Source of the DNA: Acidobacteriota bacterium
GTDB lineage: Bacteria > Acidobacteriota > Thermoanaerobaculia > UBA5066 > Gp7-AA6
Reading direction: 5' to 3'
Assembly (NCBI GenBank): GCA_039933215.1
Contig: JBDTOO010000015.1
Location: forward strand, 4,501 to 68,500
Length of the DNA: 64,000 nucleotides
The notes beneath the pieces were generated by a model that ran no database searches, had not been told where the DNA came from, and was given only the letters and a program-made list of their open reading frames with translations. The translations under genes were made by a program, and so were the position numbers. Shown one piece after another: positions 8,595-17,043 of this stretch; within the stretch, counting starts at the first letter, position 1, and every line of letters begins with the position of its first letter.

Positions 8595-9356
8595 TCATCG
8601 ATAAGTATCCCGCACGTGCTCGGGAGAGAACGCCGCGTCGGTGCGCGTGGCATGGATCTCCGAGAACTGCGACGCCTGGTAGACGCGGACCACGCCGAGC
8701 CGGATGAGCTCCAGCGTCGCGAGGAACGCGGTGACGGCTTCCGCCCGGTAGGTCATCGCCCCCCAGAATTCGAGGAGCGGCAGCGTCCCGGCTTTCTCGA
8801 GGCGCTCGACGAGGTCGAGCATCTTCTCGCCGACCGAGAAGCGGAGATGATGGATCTCCATCGCCGGAGGATGGGCGAGCTGATAGCGCTCCGAGACCTT
8901 CCGGAACGTGTCGATCAGGTCGAAGAGAGACACCTCGAGCGTCTCGCCCTCGGGGGAGCGAGGCACCTCCGTGGGGGGACGGGACCAGAGGCCCGCCCGC
9001 AGTGCGTCGATCTCGTGGAACGATTCCGCGGCCTGCTTGTAGCGCTCGTACTCCAGGAGCCGGCGGGCGAGATCCTGGCGGGGGTCCTCCTCGGGCTCGC
9101 CCGGCGCGCGCGGCAGGAGCATCCGCGACTTGACGTAGATGAGCTCGGCGGCGAGGGCGATGTAGTCGGACGCGACGTCGAGGTCGAGCTCGCGCATCGC
9201 GTCGAGGTAGAGCGTGTACTGCTCCGTGATCTCGAAGATCGGGATGTCCGTGATCGACACCTCGTTGACCCGGATCAGGTGGAGCAGCAGGTCGAGCGGC
9301 CCGTTGAACGCGGGGATCGCGACCGGCGGGAGCGATTCCGCGCCGTCGACCGTCAT
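8595..9356 (-). CDS. scpA: Segregation and condensation protein A
   Basis: ATG verified at 9354-9356 (MTVDGAESLPPVAIPAFNGPLDLLLHLIR...). Only the C-terminal 253 aa of the 707-aa ORF 8595..10718 are genuine. Confidence 0.85.
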   Translation of the reverse strand: MTVDGAESLPPVAIPAFNGPLDLLLHLIRVNEVSITDIPIFEITEQYTLYLDAMRELDLDVASDYIALAAELIYVKSRMLLPRAPGEPEEDPRQDLARRLLEYERYKQAAESFHEIDALRAGLWSRPPTEVPRSPEGETLEVSLFDLIDTFRKVSERYQLAHPPAMEIHHLRFSVGEKMLDLVERLEKAGTLPLLEFWGAMTYRAEAVTAFLATLELIRLGVVRVYQASQFSEIHATRTDAAFSPEHVRDTYR

Positions 9357-10006
9357 GCGATCACCCTCTTGATCAGGTTGAAGATGCCCACGATCACGGG
9401 CGTCAGGAATCGGCCCAGGATTCCCGTGTAGGACAGCACGACCAGGATGAGGAAGCCGAAGCGGCCGAACTGGTGGAAGAAGAGACGCACGCGCTCGCCG
9501 AACGCCGCCGCCAGAATCCAGCTCCCGTCGAGCGGCGGAATGGGGATCAGGTTGAAGACCCCGAGACTGACGTTGATCAGAAGGAACTGGTAGCCGATGT
9601 ACCAGAGCGGCGACAGGATGGAATCTCCCAGCACCGCGCCGCTCCGGCGCAGCAGATACATGACGGGCACGCCGATAAACGCGAGAAGAAGGTTCGAAAC
9701 GGGTCCCGCGGCCGAAACCGCGACGTCCGCCATCCGGGGGTTTCTCGTCCGGCTGAGATTGACGGGGGTCGGCTTGGCGTAGCCGAAGAGCATCCCCGAG
9801 GTGAAGTAGAGGAGGATCGGAAGGATCACGCTGCCGAAGAGATCGATGTGCCGGATCGGGTTCAGGCTGATGCGGCCGAGGTCCCGGGCCGTCGGGTCGC
9901 CGAAGCGGAGAGCCATCCACGCGTGCGCGGACTCGTGAAACGAGATCGCGAAGAGGATGACCGCGAGCTGGATCGCGAAATCGACGACGTTGAAAGAGGA
10001 ATTCAA
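9353..10006 (-). CDS. Site-2 protease family (peptidase M50) membrane metalloprotease
   Basis: 217 aa, polytopic. HESAHA (HExxH) zinc motif. Second zinc-ligand region LIPIPPLDGS. 4-nt overlap with the scpA start. Confidence 0.75.
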   Translation of the reverse strand: MNSSFNVVDFAIQLAVILFAISFHESAHAWMALRFGDPTARDLGRISLNPIRHIDLFGSVILPILLYFTSGMLFGYAKPTPVNLSRTRNPRMADVAVSAAGPVSNLLLAFIGVPVMYLLRRSGAVLGDSILSPLWYIGYQFLLINVSLGVFNLIPIPPLDGSWILAAAFGERVRLFFHQFGRFGFLILVVLSYTGILGRFLTPVIVGIFNLIKRVIA

Positions 10007-10056
10007 GCGAGGCGACTATAACGCCGGGCCCGCGCGCAGCCGCCCCGACGATCGCG

Positions 10057-10737
10057 TCAGCGCGGTGAGTCGGGTCCCGCGTCCTTCGCGAGATCTGGCA
10101 GCCCGAGCCTCCGGCGGATCGCCCGGAAGTACTGGACGGGCTCCTCGCGCCACGCCTTCTCCTGCGCGGACGCCGGGAACTTCCCTCCGAGATCTCCGAG
10201 ATACACGTACGAGACGCGGCACGCGTCGGTCCCCGCCGGCTCGATCCGCGTTTCGCCCTCCACCCGCTCGATGCGCGTCCCCTCTTTCGGGTCCCCGGGA
10301 CGCGCATCCGCCGTCCAGTGGATCCGGAACACGCCTCCAGGCTCCTCGACGCTTTCGTACCGCACGATCGCGTCCCGATTCGAGAAGGGAAAGGGATACG
10401 GCCACACGAAGTGGATGCGCGCCGCGCCTCCGGCCGCTCCCCCGAGCACGTCGGCTTTCTTGACCGCGGGCGCGAAGAGTTCCCGGTAGCGGGAGAAGTC
10501 GGAGAGCGCCGCGGCGACGCGCGCGGCGGACGCGGGGATCGTGCCGCGGCCGCGGATCCAGGGAGGGCTCGACGGAGAGCGCGCGATCTCGATCTGGACG
10601 CCTCGCGCGGTGAACCAGCGCGAGAAGGCGCCGTCCTCGGGAACGGGGACCGCGAACCCCGGGGCCACGGCGAGCAGGAGGCCCGCCGCGATTCCGAGCC
10701 GCAGTCGAAGCCCGCCACTTCCCCGAGCGCCGCTCAC
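10057..10737 (-). CDS. SRPBCC/START-fold (polyketide-cyclase-like) secreted protein or lipoprotein
   Basis: The C-terminal ~200 aa of ORF 10057..11262 have SRPBCC-like character (IHFVWPYPFPFSNRDAIVRYESVEEPGGVFRIHW). Proposed GTG start at 10737 overlaps the upstream stop (GTGA). That start gives a signal peptide VSGARGSGGLRLRLGIAAGLLLAVAPGFA. Confidence 0.55.
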   Translation of the reverse strand: MSGARGSGGLRLRLGIAAGLLLAVAPGFAVPVPEDGAFSRWFTARGVQIEIARSPSSPPWIRGRGTIPASAARVAAALSDFSRYRELFAPAVKKADVLGGAAGGAARIHFVWPYPFPFSNRDAIVRYESVEEPGGVFRIHWTADARPGDPKEGTRIERVEGETRIEPAGTDACRVSYVYLGDLGGKFPASAQEKAWREEPVQYFRAIRRRLGLPDLAKDAGPDSPR

Positions 10738-11189
10738 GCGAGGCGATCCCCCGAAGGCGCCCGCGCGGCCGCCGCCAGCCAGGCGCACGCCCCCGCCACC
10801 ACGAGGTCCTCCGCGACCGTGGACCACCCGAGGGGACGGGGCAGGAAGACGCCGAAGCAGCCGCAATTGGGCAGCGCGAGGCCCCGGAGAATCGCCGTGG
10901 CGGACCATGCCGCGTAGGCGAGATGCATGAGGAGTGCCGCGACGGCCGCTCCCAGAGGCCGGCGATCCGAGAAGAGCCACAGCGCGAGCAGGAGCTCGGC
11001 GGCGGGGACGGCGACGGCCGCCGGAAAGACCGCCGCGTCGGGGAGGGCCCGATAGGTTCCGAGGACCCGGGCGAAGCCGGGAACGTCGAGGAGCTTCCCG
11101 ATCGCCGTCACGAAGAGGATGGCGCCGATCGCGAGCCGGAGGACGGTTCGCGTCCGGCGCCGGCCGGAGCCGGGCTCGCGCGCTTCCAC
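10734..11189 (-). CDS. MauE-like (methylamine-utilisation protein E family) membrane protein
   Basis: The C-terminal ~150 aa of ORF 10734..11984 are hydrophobic and carry the family-typical NCGCFG motif. Proposed GTG start at 11189, 6 nt after the DUF547 stop. The upstream part of the ORF is an Arg-rich artefact overlapping the DUF547 gene. Confidence 0.55.
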   Translation of the reverse strand: MEAREPGSGRRRTRTVLRLAIGAILFVTAIGKLLDVPGFARVLGTYRALPDAAVFPAAVAVPAAELLLALWLFSDRRPLGAAVAALLMHLAYAAWSATAILRGLALPNCGCFGVFLPRPLGWSTVAEDLVVAGACAWLAAAARAPSGDRLA

Positions 11190-11194
11190 CCGCG

Positions 11195-11977
11195 TCACTT
11201 CTGGTTGAGCGTCCAGTCGTACGGGATGAACTCGACCTTCGAGGACTCGGGGATCTTCGCATCCCGGTACTGGTTCGCGTAGGCCGCGAGGCTCGGTGCC
11301 TTCTTCAAGAAATCCTCGGTGTAGAACTCGAGGATCTGGGAGAACCGCACCGTCTGCCGTTCCGGCTGTATCTGCACGTTGCGCTCCTCGTTCAGGAAAT
11401 ACTGCGCCGTGGCCTGGAGCTCCATGTCGAGCTGGTCCGCTCGAAAGGGCTCGCGCGGGAGCCTCGGGCATCCGCGCACCATGCAGTTCAGCGCGAAGTG
11501 GACCCGCGGATCGCCCATCGGGCGAATGATCTTGTTCTCCAGGTCGTAGAGCGACATCTTCTCGCCGCCGATTCCGAGCTTGTTGCGGTAAAAGAAGCGC
11601 ACCTTGACGGCGTTCAAGTCCTTCGGCATGCCGGACTCGAGCACGTTGTAGAGCGCGAGTGCGTTGTAAGCGTTCAAGTAATACGCGAGCCGCGACTCCG
11701 GCGTCGGGAACGAGCCCGGCGTGTTGGCGGGGCTCACGCGCCCGACCCAGGCGACGTACGCGTCGAGGTCGGCCCGATCCTTCGAGATCGCGAGGAAGTC
11801 GATCCGGCCCTGGGCGTCGACGTATTTCGAGAGGACGTTCTCCCACAGCTTTCCCGGGTTGCCGGCCTCGGGGGCTCCCGACGCCGGGCTCTTCGGCGGC
11901 GGCACGTTCACCGCGCACGCGGAAGCCAGGACGAGGGCGAGAGCGAGAACGAACCCCGAAGCCCGCCCGCGTCTCAA
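11195..11977 (-). CDS. DUF547-family lipoprotein
   Basis: Proposed TTG start at 11977 overlaps the radical-SAM stop (TTGA). It yields a lipoprotein signal MRRGRASGFVLALALVLASAC. DUF547-like core (RLAYYLNAYNALALYNVLESG). Confidence 0.6.
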   Translation of the reverse strand: MRRGRASGFVLALALVLASACAVNVPPPKSPASGAPEAGNPGKLWENVLSKYVDAQGRIDFLAISKDRADLDAYVAWVGRVSPANTPGSFPTPESRLAYYLNAYNALALYNVLESGMPKDLNAVKVRFFYRNKLGIGGEKMSLYDLENKIIRPMGDPRVHFALNCMVRGCPRLPREPFRADQLDMELQATAQYFLNEERNVQIQPERQTVRFSQILEFYTEDFLKKAPSLAAYANQYRDAKIPESSKVEFIPYDWTLNQK

Positions 11978-13257
11978 GCCACACCCGCCGGACGCGAAGG
12001 CAGAACGGGCAGCGTGCCTCCCGACAGCGGATTCCACATGGCCTCGCCGTCCGGCGTGGTCACCGCGATCGGTTTCAAGATGAACTCGTCGCGCCGTGCG
12101 TTGTGCGCGCACATCGATATCGGGCCGTTCGCCGTCATCACCATGAACGAGCACGCGTGGATCCGCTCCGGTTCGAGCGCGCTGGCGTCCATGAAGTTCT
12201 GGACGAAGAAGGAGAGCTTGTGGACCCGGCCCCGCGCCGCGAGCAGATCGCGCCGCATCGTCCAGAGCTTGCGCGCGGCGAAGCGGAGGGCGCGGGCGGC
12301 CCAGGCCGGCCGGCGTTTGAGCTCCCCCAGAAGCGAGCGGACCGCGCGCCCGGGCTCCCGGCGGTCGAGCATCACGTGCTGGAAGTCCTCGAGGAACCGG
12401 TTGAAGAAGTCGGGATCGTCATTCAAGTCGTAGAGGTTGCCGTTCGCCTCGAGAGTGATCCCGATCCGGTGGCACGACGGATGCCCGATCCGGATCGTGT
12501 CCCACGAGATCGCGAGCTGCGCGCCCGCCTCGATCTGGCGGCGGACCGTCTCGAGGGAGATGACCCGGTCCCGCTCGCGCAGGACACCGCGCCCGGTGTC
12601 CGCCTGAAGCTGGAAGGAGGCCATGCCGACGACGTCCGCGTGCCGTCGGAAGAAGCGGATCATGTCCGGAATCTCGTCGAAGTTCTCCCGGCACACCGTC
12701 GTGTTGAAGATGACCGCGATCGGGATGCCTCGCGCGCGCTCGATGTACTCCTCGCGCACGGCGTTCAAGTCGGCCTCGGTCGCGTAGCCCTTGCGCTCCT
12801 GCGTCAGGTCGACGTGGAACGCGACGTCGTTCAAACCGGCCTCCGCGAGCTCCCGGAGCATTTCGCGGCTCGCCTTGATCCCGTTGGTCATCAGCGTCGG
12901 CAGGAGCCCTCGCTCGCGCACGCGCCGGACAATCGCGACGAGCTCGTCTCTCTTACGAAGCGTCGGATCGCCGCCCGTGATCTGGACGGCCGTCGGCGCT
13001 CCGAAACGCTCGGCGATCCCGTCGATCCGCCGGAAGACTTCCTCGATAGGCATGTCCTTGACGCGCTGGGAGTTCTCGGACAGGTAGCAGAGCGTGCAGT
13101 CGAGGTTGCAGCGCTGGGTGATCTCGAGCGCCACGCAACCGATGGCATTGCGCCGGCCCAGGACCTGGTTGTCCGAAAGCAGGGAACCCATGCGTTTTCG
13201 GGCGTTTTCGAGGGCCGCGGCGCGGTTCTCACTCCGAACGAGGGGAGCACTGGACAT
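11974..13257 (-). CDS. Radical SAM enzyme, subfamily unassigned
   Basis: 427 aa. CNLDCTLCY (CxxxCxxC) 4Fe-4S/SAM cluster motif. GGDPTL glycine-rich SAM motif. No C-terminal Cys-rich SPASM/twitch signature is visible. Confidence 0.8.
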   Translation of the reverse strand: MSSAPLVRSENRAAALENARKRMGSLLSDNQVLGRRNAIGCVALEITQRCNLDCTLCYLSENSQRVKDMPIEEVFRRIDGIAERFGAPTAVQITGGDPTLRKRDELVAIVRRVRERGLLPTLMTNGIKASREMLRELAEAGLNDVAFHVDLTQERKGYATEADLNAVREEYIERARGIPIAVIFNTTVCRENFDEIPDMIRFFRRHADVVGMASFQLQADTGRGVLRERDRVISLETVRRQIEAGAQLAISWDTIRIGHPSCHRIGITLEANGNLYDLNDDPDFFNRFLEDFQHVMLDRREPGRAVRSLLGELKRRPAWAARALRFAARKLWTMRRDLLAARGRVHKLSFFVQNFMDASALEPERIHACSFMVMTANGPISMCAHNARRDEFILKPIAVTTPDGEAMWNPLSGGTLPVLPSRPAGVA

Positions 13258-13339
13258 GGGACCTCCGTGACGAAACGCGGGGACCGAACTGTCTCTCTTC
13301 GTACATCATACGGTCAGAGGGGCCAGCCGGATGGGTCGA

Positions 13340-13370
13340 GCGAAACCTTCGGCATTCCGCGCCGTCTCCG
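13340..13370 (+). promoter_or_regulatory. Candidate ECF-type promoter upstream of the sigma factor gene
   Basis: GAAACC at 13342-13347, a 15-nt spacer, then CGTCT at 13363-13367. This resembles the GGAAC-N15-16-CGTC autoregulatory ECF promoter class. It lies ~25 nt upstream of the sigma start codon. Confidence 0.25.
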
Positions 13371-13392
13371 GGTATGCCGTGCCGGACGGATC

Positions 13393-13971
13393 TTGAGAGA
13401 CCAGAGCGCGAGCGCCGAAGATCGGAGGCTGCTCGAGCAGATCCGCCGGGGAGAAACCGCCGGCGCGGCGGAGCTTTTCGAGCGGTACGCCCCGGCGCTT
13501 CTCCGGTTCGCGGACAGGCTCCTTTCCGACCGCGGGCTGGCTGAGGAAGTGACCCAGGAGGTCTTCGTCAAGGTGATCACGCGGGCGCATCAATACGACG
13601 GACGGGCCGAGGTTTCCTCGTGGCTCTTCGCGATCGCGGCCAACGCCTGCCGGGACCGGCGGCGCCGCGAGCGCCGGGCGACCATCGTGCCCCTCGAAGG
13701 CGTCCCCGAGCCCGCCCACAAGGGCGAGGGAGCGGAGGCGAAGCTCCTGACGCGGGAGCGCCGCGAAACGGTCCGGGAGGCCTTGAACGACCTGTCCGAG
13801 GAGCAGCGCGAGGCGCTCATCCTCGCCCGATACCACGGACTCCCCTATTCCGAGATCGCCGACGTGCTCGGGATCTCCGTCGGAGCGGTCAAGACCCGAA
13901 TCTTCCGGGCCGTCGAGACACTGAAGGCCCGATTTACCCCAGGAGAAACGACATGGAATGCCGCGAACTGA
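13393..13971 (+). CDS. RNA polymerase sigma-70 factor, ECF subfamily
   Basis: The C-terminal 193 aa of artefact ORF 11659..13971 carry sigma regions 2 and 4 (ELFERYAPALLRFADRLL; YSEIADVLGISVGAVKTRIFRA). No in-frame ATG/GTG exists upstream. A TTG at 13393 with GGACGG 5 nt upstream is proposed as the start. Confidence 0.75.
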   Translation: MRDQSASAEDRRLLEQIRRGETAGAAELFERYAPALLRFADRLLSDRGLAEEVTQEVFVKVITRAHQYDGRAEVSSWLFAIAANACRDRRRRERRATIVPLEGVPEPAHKGEGAEAKLLTRERRETVREALNDLSEEQREALILARYHGLPYSEIADVLGISVGAVKTRIFRAVETLKARFTPGETTWNAAN

Positions 13972-14903
13972 TCGCCCTGGCCCTGGAGGCCCACGCCGCT
14001 GCCGATCCGGAGTCGACGGGTCCTCTCCGCCGCGAGATCTCGGAGCACACCGAGGCCTGTCCCGCCTGCCGCGAAGAGCTCGCGCGGGTCGAGGAAACAT
14101 GGTCGCGGCTCGGCGAGGACCCGGATCTGCCGATGACCCCGCAGTTCCGCCGCCGCACTCTGGCTCTCATCGACGACGAGATGCTCCGAGCTCGGATCCG
14201 CGAGTTCCGCCCGGCGCGCCGGTTCCCCCGCGCCATGCTGCAGGCGGCCGCTCTGCTGCTCGCCGTGGCCGGAGGGTTCTGGGTGGCCCGCGCGAGCGCG
14301 CCGAAGTCTCGGCCCGACCGGACGGCGTCCGGCTCGCCGGCGGTCTCTCCCGCCGCCCTCGAGAGCGCCGGGTCTCTTTCGAACGTCTCGTACCGCCCGG
14401 CGGATCCCCAGGGCCGTATCGGCGTCAGCTTCGACGTGACGTCCCGCCAGACGGTCCTCGGCAAGCCGGAGGATCCCCGGATGGCGCGTCTCTTCGCGTA
14501 TCTCGTGTCGCGCGGCGCCCAGACCTCCGGCGAAAAGTCGCGGGCGATCGAGCTCGTCTCGACGCACTACGGCTCGGAGAAGACCCCGGCTTCTCCGGAC
14601 GTCGTGCGCGCGCTCACCGCGACGCTCCGGAAGGACGGAAATCCCGGTGTCCGCAAGAAGGCCGCGGATGCCCTCGCGGGATTCCAGATGACTCCGGAGA
14701 TCCGGACGGCGTTTCTGGACGCGCTGCGGAATGACCGGAATCCCGGCGTCCGGCTCGTCGCGGTCGACGCGCTCGCCGCGGCGGCGAAGGACTCTCCGGA
14801 CGCAAAGACGATCGAATCGCTGCGGGAAAAGGCCTTCGATCCCACCGAGAACGGCTTCGTGCGCGCCAAGGCGGCCTCCGCTCTGAAGGCGATCGAGTTC
14901 TAG
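13953..14903 (+). CDS. Transmembrane anti-sigma factor with HEAT/PBS-lyase-like C-terminal repeats
   Basis: ATG at 13953 (AGGAGA 7 nt upstream) overlaps the sigma stop. MECRELIALALEAHAA...HTEACPACREEL is a ZAS-like H-x3-C-x2-C motif. One TM helix (AMLQAAALLLAVAGGFWVARA). Three DxNPxVRxxAxxAL repeats follow. Confidence 0.7.
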   Translation: MECRELIALALEAHAAADPESTGPLRREISEHTEACPACREELARVEETWSRLGEDPDLPMTPQFRRRTLALIDDEMLRARIREFRPARRFPRAMLQAAALLLAVAGGFWVARASAPKSRPDRTASGSPAVSPAALESAGSLSNVSYRPADPQGRIGVSFDVTSRQTVLGKPEDPRMARLFAYLVSRGAQTSGEKSRAIELVSTHYGSEKTPASPDVVRALTATLRKDGNPGVRKKAADALAGFQMTPEIRTAFLDALRNDRNPGVRLVAVDALAAAAKDSPDAKTIESLREKAFDPTENGFVRAKAASALKAIEF

Positions 14904-14912
14904 AGCTCATCC

Positions 14913-16988
14913 ATGCGTAACGTCGGCGCCCGCGGGGCGTCTCAGGAAATGATGACCCAACACCGGACACACTCGTCGATCGGTTTTCGCGAGGCTTCCT
15001 CGCGGTATTCGTCGCGCCGCAATCCTCTCGCGGGCCCGGGCCCCTGGATCGCGGTCGCCCTCGGGCTCCTGCTGATGCTTCTCGCCGCGATCTCACGCGG
15101 CGACGACACGGCCGCAACCGCGCGGCGAACCGAGCGCTTCACGGCGACCCTGACCCCCCGCTCGACCGTGCGGGTCGAGAACGTCTCCGGGGACGTGATC
15201 GCGACGGCCGGCCGGGAGTTCTCGGCGATCTGCAACATCACCGTCACGGCTTCCACCCAGAAGCGCGCGGACGAAGTGCTCGGCGGAACCCACACGGTTC
15301 AGGCGCGCGAAGGCGACGAGCTCTCGCTCGAAGCCCGCTGGCCCGAGAACGGCAAGGGCCGCTGGGACCGGTCCGAGTGGACGTTCCGCGGAAGGAACGC
15401 CTCGCGCTGCCGCGACTGCCGGATCAGCATGCGCTACGAGCTCGTGATCCCGCCGGGAGTGTCCGCGATTCTGCGGACGGTCAACGGCGAGGTGCGCGTC
15501 CAGGAGGTCGACGGGAAGCTCGACGTTCAGAGCGTCAATGGCAACGTGACCGTTCGGGGCTCGCGCCGGGATGTCCGCGCGCAGACCGTCAACGGCCGCG
15601 TGGAGGTCGCCGCCCAGGCAGCTCCCGCAGGATCGGACTTCGAGCTCAAGACCGTGTCGGGCGGCGTCACGCTGACGCTCCCGAAGGAGACGCGCTTCGA
15701 TCTGACCGCCTCCACGATGAACGGCTCGATCGACTCGACGTTTGCCCTGCCCGCCCGGAGCATGGAAGCGTCCGACCTCCCCTCCTCGACGGCCCCCCGC
15801 GAGCGCGTTCGCGTGCGGACGCCACGGCGGGTCGTGGTGGATCGGCGCGGGGACGAGACGGTCGTGGACGTCGAGGAGCTCCAGAAGGAGCTCGACGAAG
15901 CGATGCGCGACGTCGACATCCAGGTCCGGGAAGTCGAGCGCGACGTCGCCTCGCTCCCGCGGAAGATGAACATCATGATCCCGGGCGGCGAGTACCGCTA
16001 CTCGTCGGGCGAGGGAGCCTCCGTGCGCGTCCGCCTCTCGAGCCTGAACGGCCGCATCGCTCTCCTGGCGGCGGGGACGAAGGAGTCCGATGCGAAGCCT
16101 CTCGTCGCGCGGCGGTCGTTCGTCGTGACCGTCCCCCGCGCCCCGCGGGCGCCCCGCGCGCCCGAGAGCCCGCGCGCCGTCTCTCCGCGCCCGGAAACGT
16201 GGGTCGTGGTTCCCCAGCCTCCGGCTCCCCTGCAGCCGGTCATCTCGACGCCGCCCGTCTCGCCCGCGGCGATCGCTCCCCTTCCCCCGTCGGATCCGGC
16301 CGACGAGGACGGGGTGATCCACCGCGGCGACGTGTCGGGAGACTTCATCTCTACGGCGGGAGGCGGCACCTACGAGGTCGGAAGGGTCTCCGGCAGCGTC
16401 ACGATCCTCACCCGCTCGGGCGAGATCCACGTCGGCGGCTGCGGCTCGCGCGCCGACCTCAAGACGTACGGCGGGGACATCGTCATCGGACCCGTCACGG
16501 GGGACCTCAAGGCTCAGACGCTCGCCGGCGACATCCGCGCCGGAGCGGTCGGAGGCTCCGTCTTCGTCGAGACGTCCGGGGGCGACATCCGGGTCGCGCA
16601 CGTCGGCGGCTCCGCGGACGCGAGAACCGCCGGCGGGGACATCATCCTTCCGGCGGTCGCCGGCGGGGTTCGTGCCGAGAGCGGCGGCGGCGAGATCCGC
16701 ATCGCGATCACCGCGCGGGAGGCGCGGACGGGGATCGCCGTTCGCAACTCCGGCGGAGACGTGACGCTCACCCTGCCCGGCAATTTCCGCGGCGAGTTCG
16801 ATCTGACCGCCACCGAGGTCGATTCCGACGAGAGCGCGATCCGCGCCGACTTCCCGGAGATCGTCGTGACGCGGAAGGCCAGCTCGCAGCACGCGACGGG
16901 GACCGTCAACGGCGGCGGACCGAAGGTGACCGTCCGAACGTCCTCGGGGTCGATCCGCATCCGCCGGGGGCCGTCCGCCTCGTCCTGA
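14913..16988 (+). CDS. DUF4097-family beta-strand repeat protein (YvlB-like, putative adhesin fold), membrane-anchored
   Basis: 691 aa. N-terminal TM segment. Two blocks of short G/V-rich beta repeats (VNGEVRVQEVDGKLDVQSVNGNVTVRG...; TSGGDIRVAHVGGSADARTAGGDIILPAVAGGVRAESGGGEIRIAI). Third gene of the sigma/anti-sigma operon. Confidence 0.75.
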   Translation: MRNVGARGASQEMMTQHRTHSSIGFREASSRYSSRRNPLAGPGPWIAVALGLLLMLLAAISRGDDTAATARRTERFTATLTPRSTVRVENVSGDVIATAGREFSAICNITVTASTQKRADEVLGGTHTVQAREGDELSLEARWPENGKGRWDRSEWTFRGRNASRCRDCRISMRYELVIPPGVSAILRTVNGEVRVQEVDGKLDVQSVNGNVTVRGSRRDVRAQTVNGRVEVAAQAAPAGSDFELKTVSGGVTLTLPKETRFDLTASTMNGSIDSTFALPARSMEASDLPSSTAPRERVRVRTPRRVVVDRRGDETVVDVEELQKELDEAMRDVDIQVREVERDVASLPRKMNIMIPGGEYRYSSGEGASVRVRLSSLNGRIALLAAGTKESDAKPLVARRSFVVTVPRAPRAPRAPESPRAVSPRPETWVVVPQPPAPLQPVISTPPVSPAAIAPLPPSDPADEDGVIHRGDVSGDFISTAGGGTYEVGRVSGSVTILTRSGEIHVGGCGSRADLKTYGGDIVIGPVTGDLKAQTLAGDIRAGAVGGSVFVETSGGDIRVAHVGGSADARTAGGDIILPAVAGGVRAESGGGEIRIAITAREARTGIAVRNSGGDVTLTLPGNFRGEFDLTATEVDSDESAIRADFPEIVVTRKASSQHATGTVNGGGPKVTVRTSSGSIRIRRGPSASS

Positions 16989-17043
16989 CGCGCGGTCTCG
17001 CGCCGCGGGGGACCTGTTAGCGTGAGCGGATCAGGAGGTCCCC

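Noticed and set aside
8595-10718. 707-aa ORF (minus strand) that would fuse ScpA with a long Arg/Pro/Ser-rich N-terminal region
   Set aside because: Only the last 253 aa are ScpA-like, with an ATG confirmed at 9356. The upstream part is low-complexity, Arg-rich and overlaps the M50 protease and SRPBCC genes in other frames. This is a typical high-GC open-frame artefact.
11659-13971. 770-aa plus-strand ORF ending in the ECF sigma factor
   Set aside because: The first ~575 aa are antisense to the radical SAM and DUF547 genes, Arg-rich and without domain signatures. Sigma-factor homology is confined to the last 193 aa.
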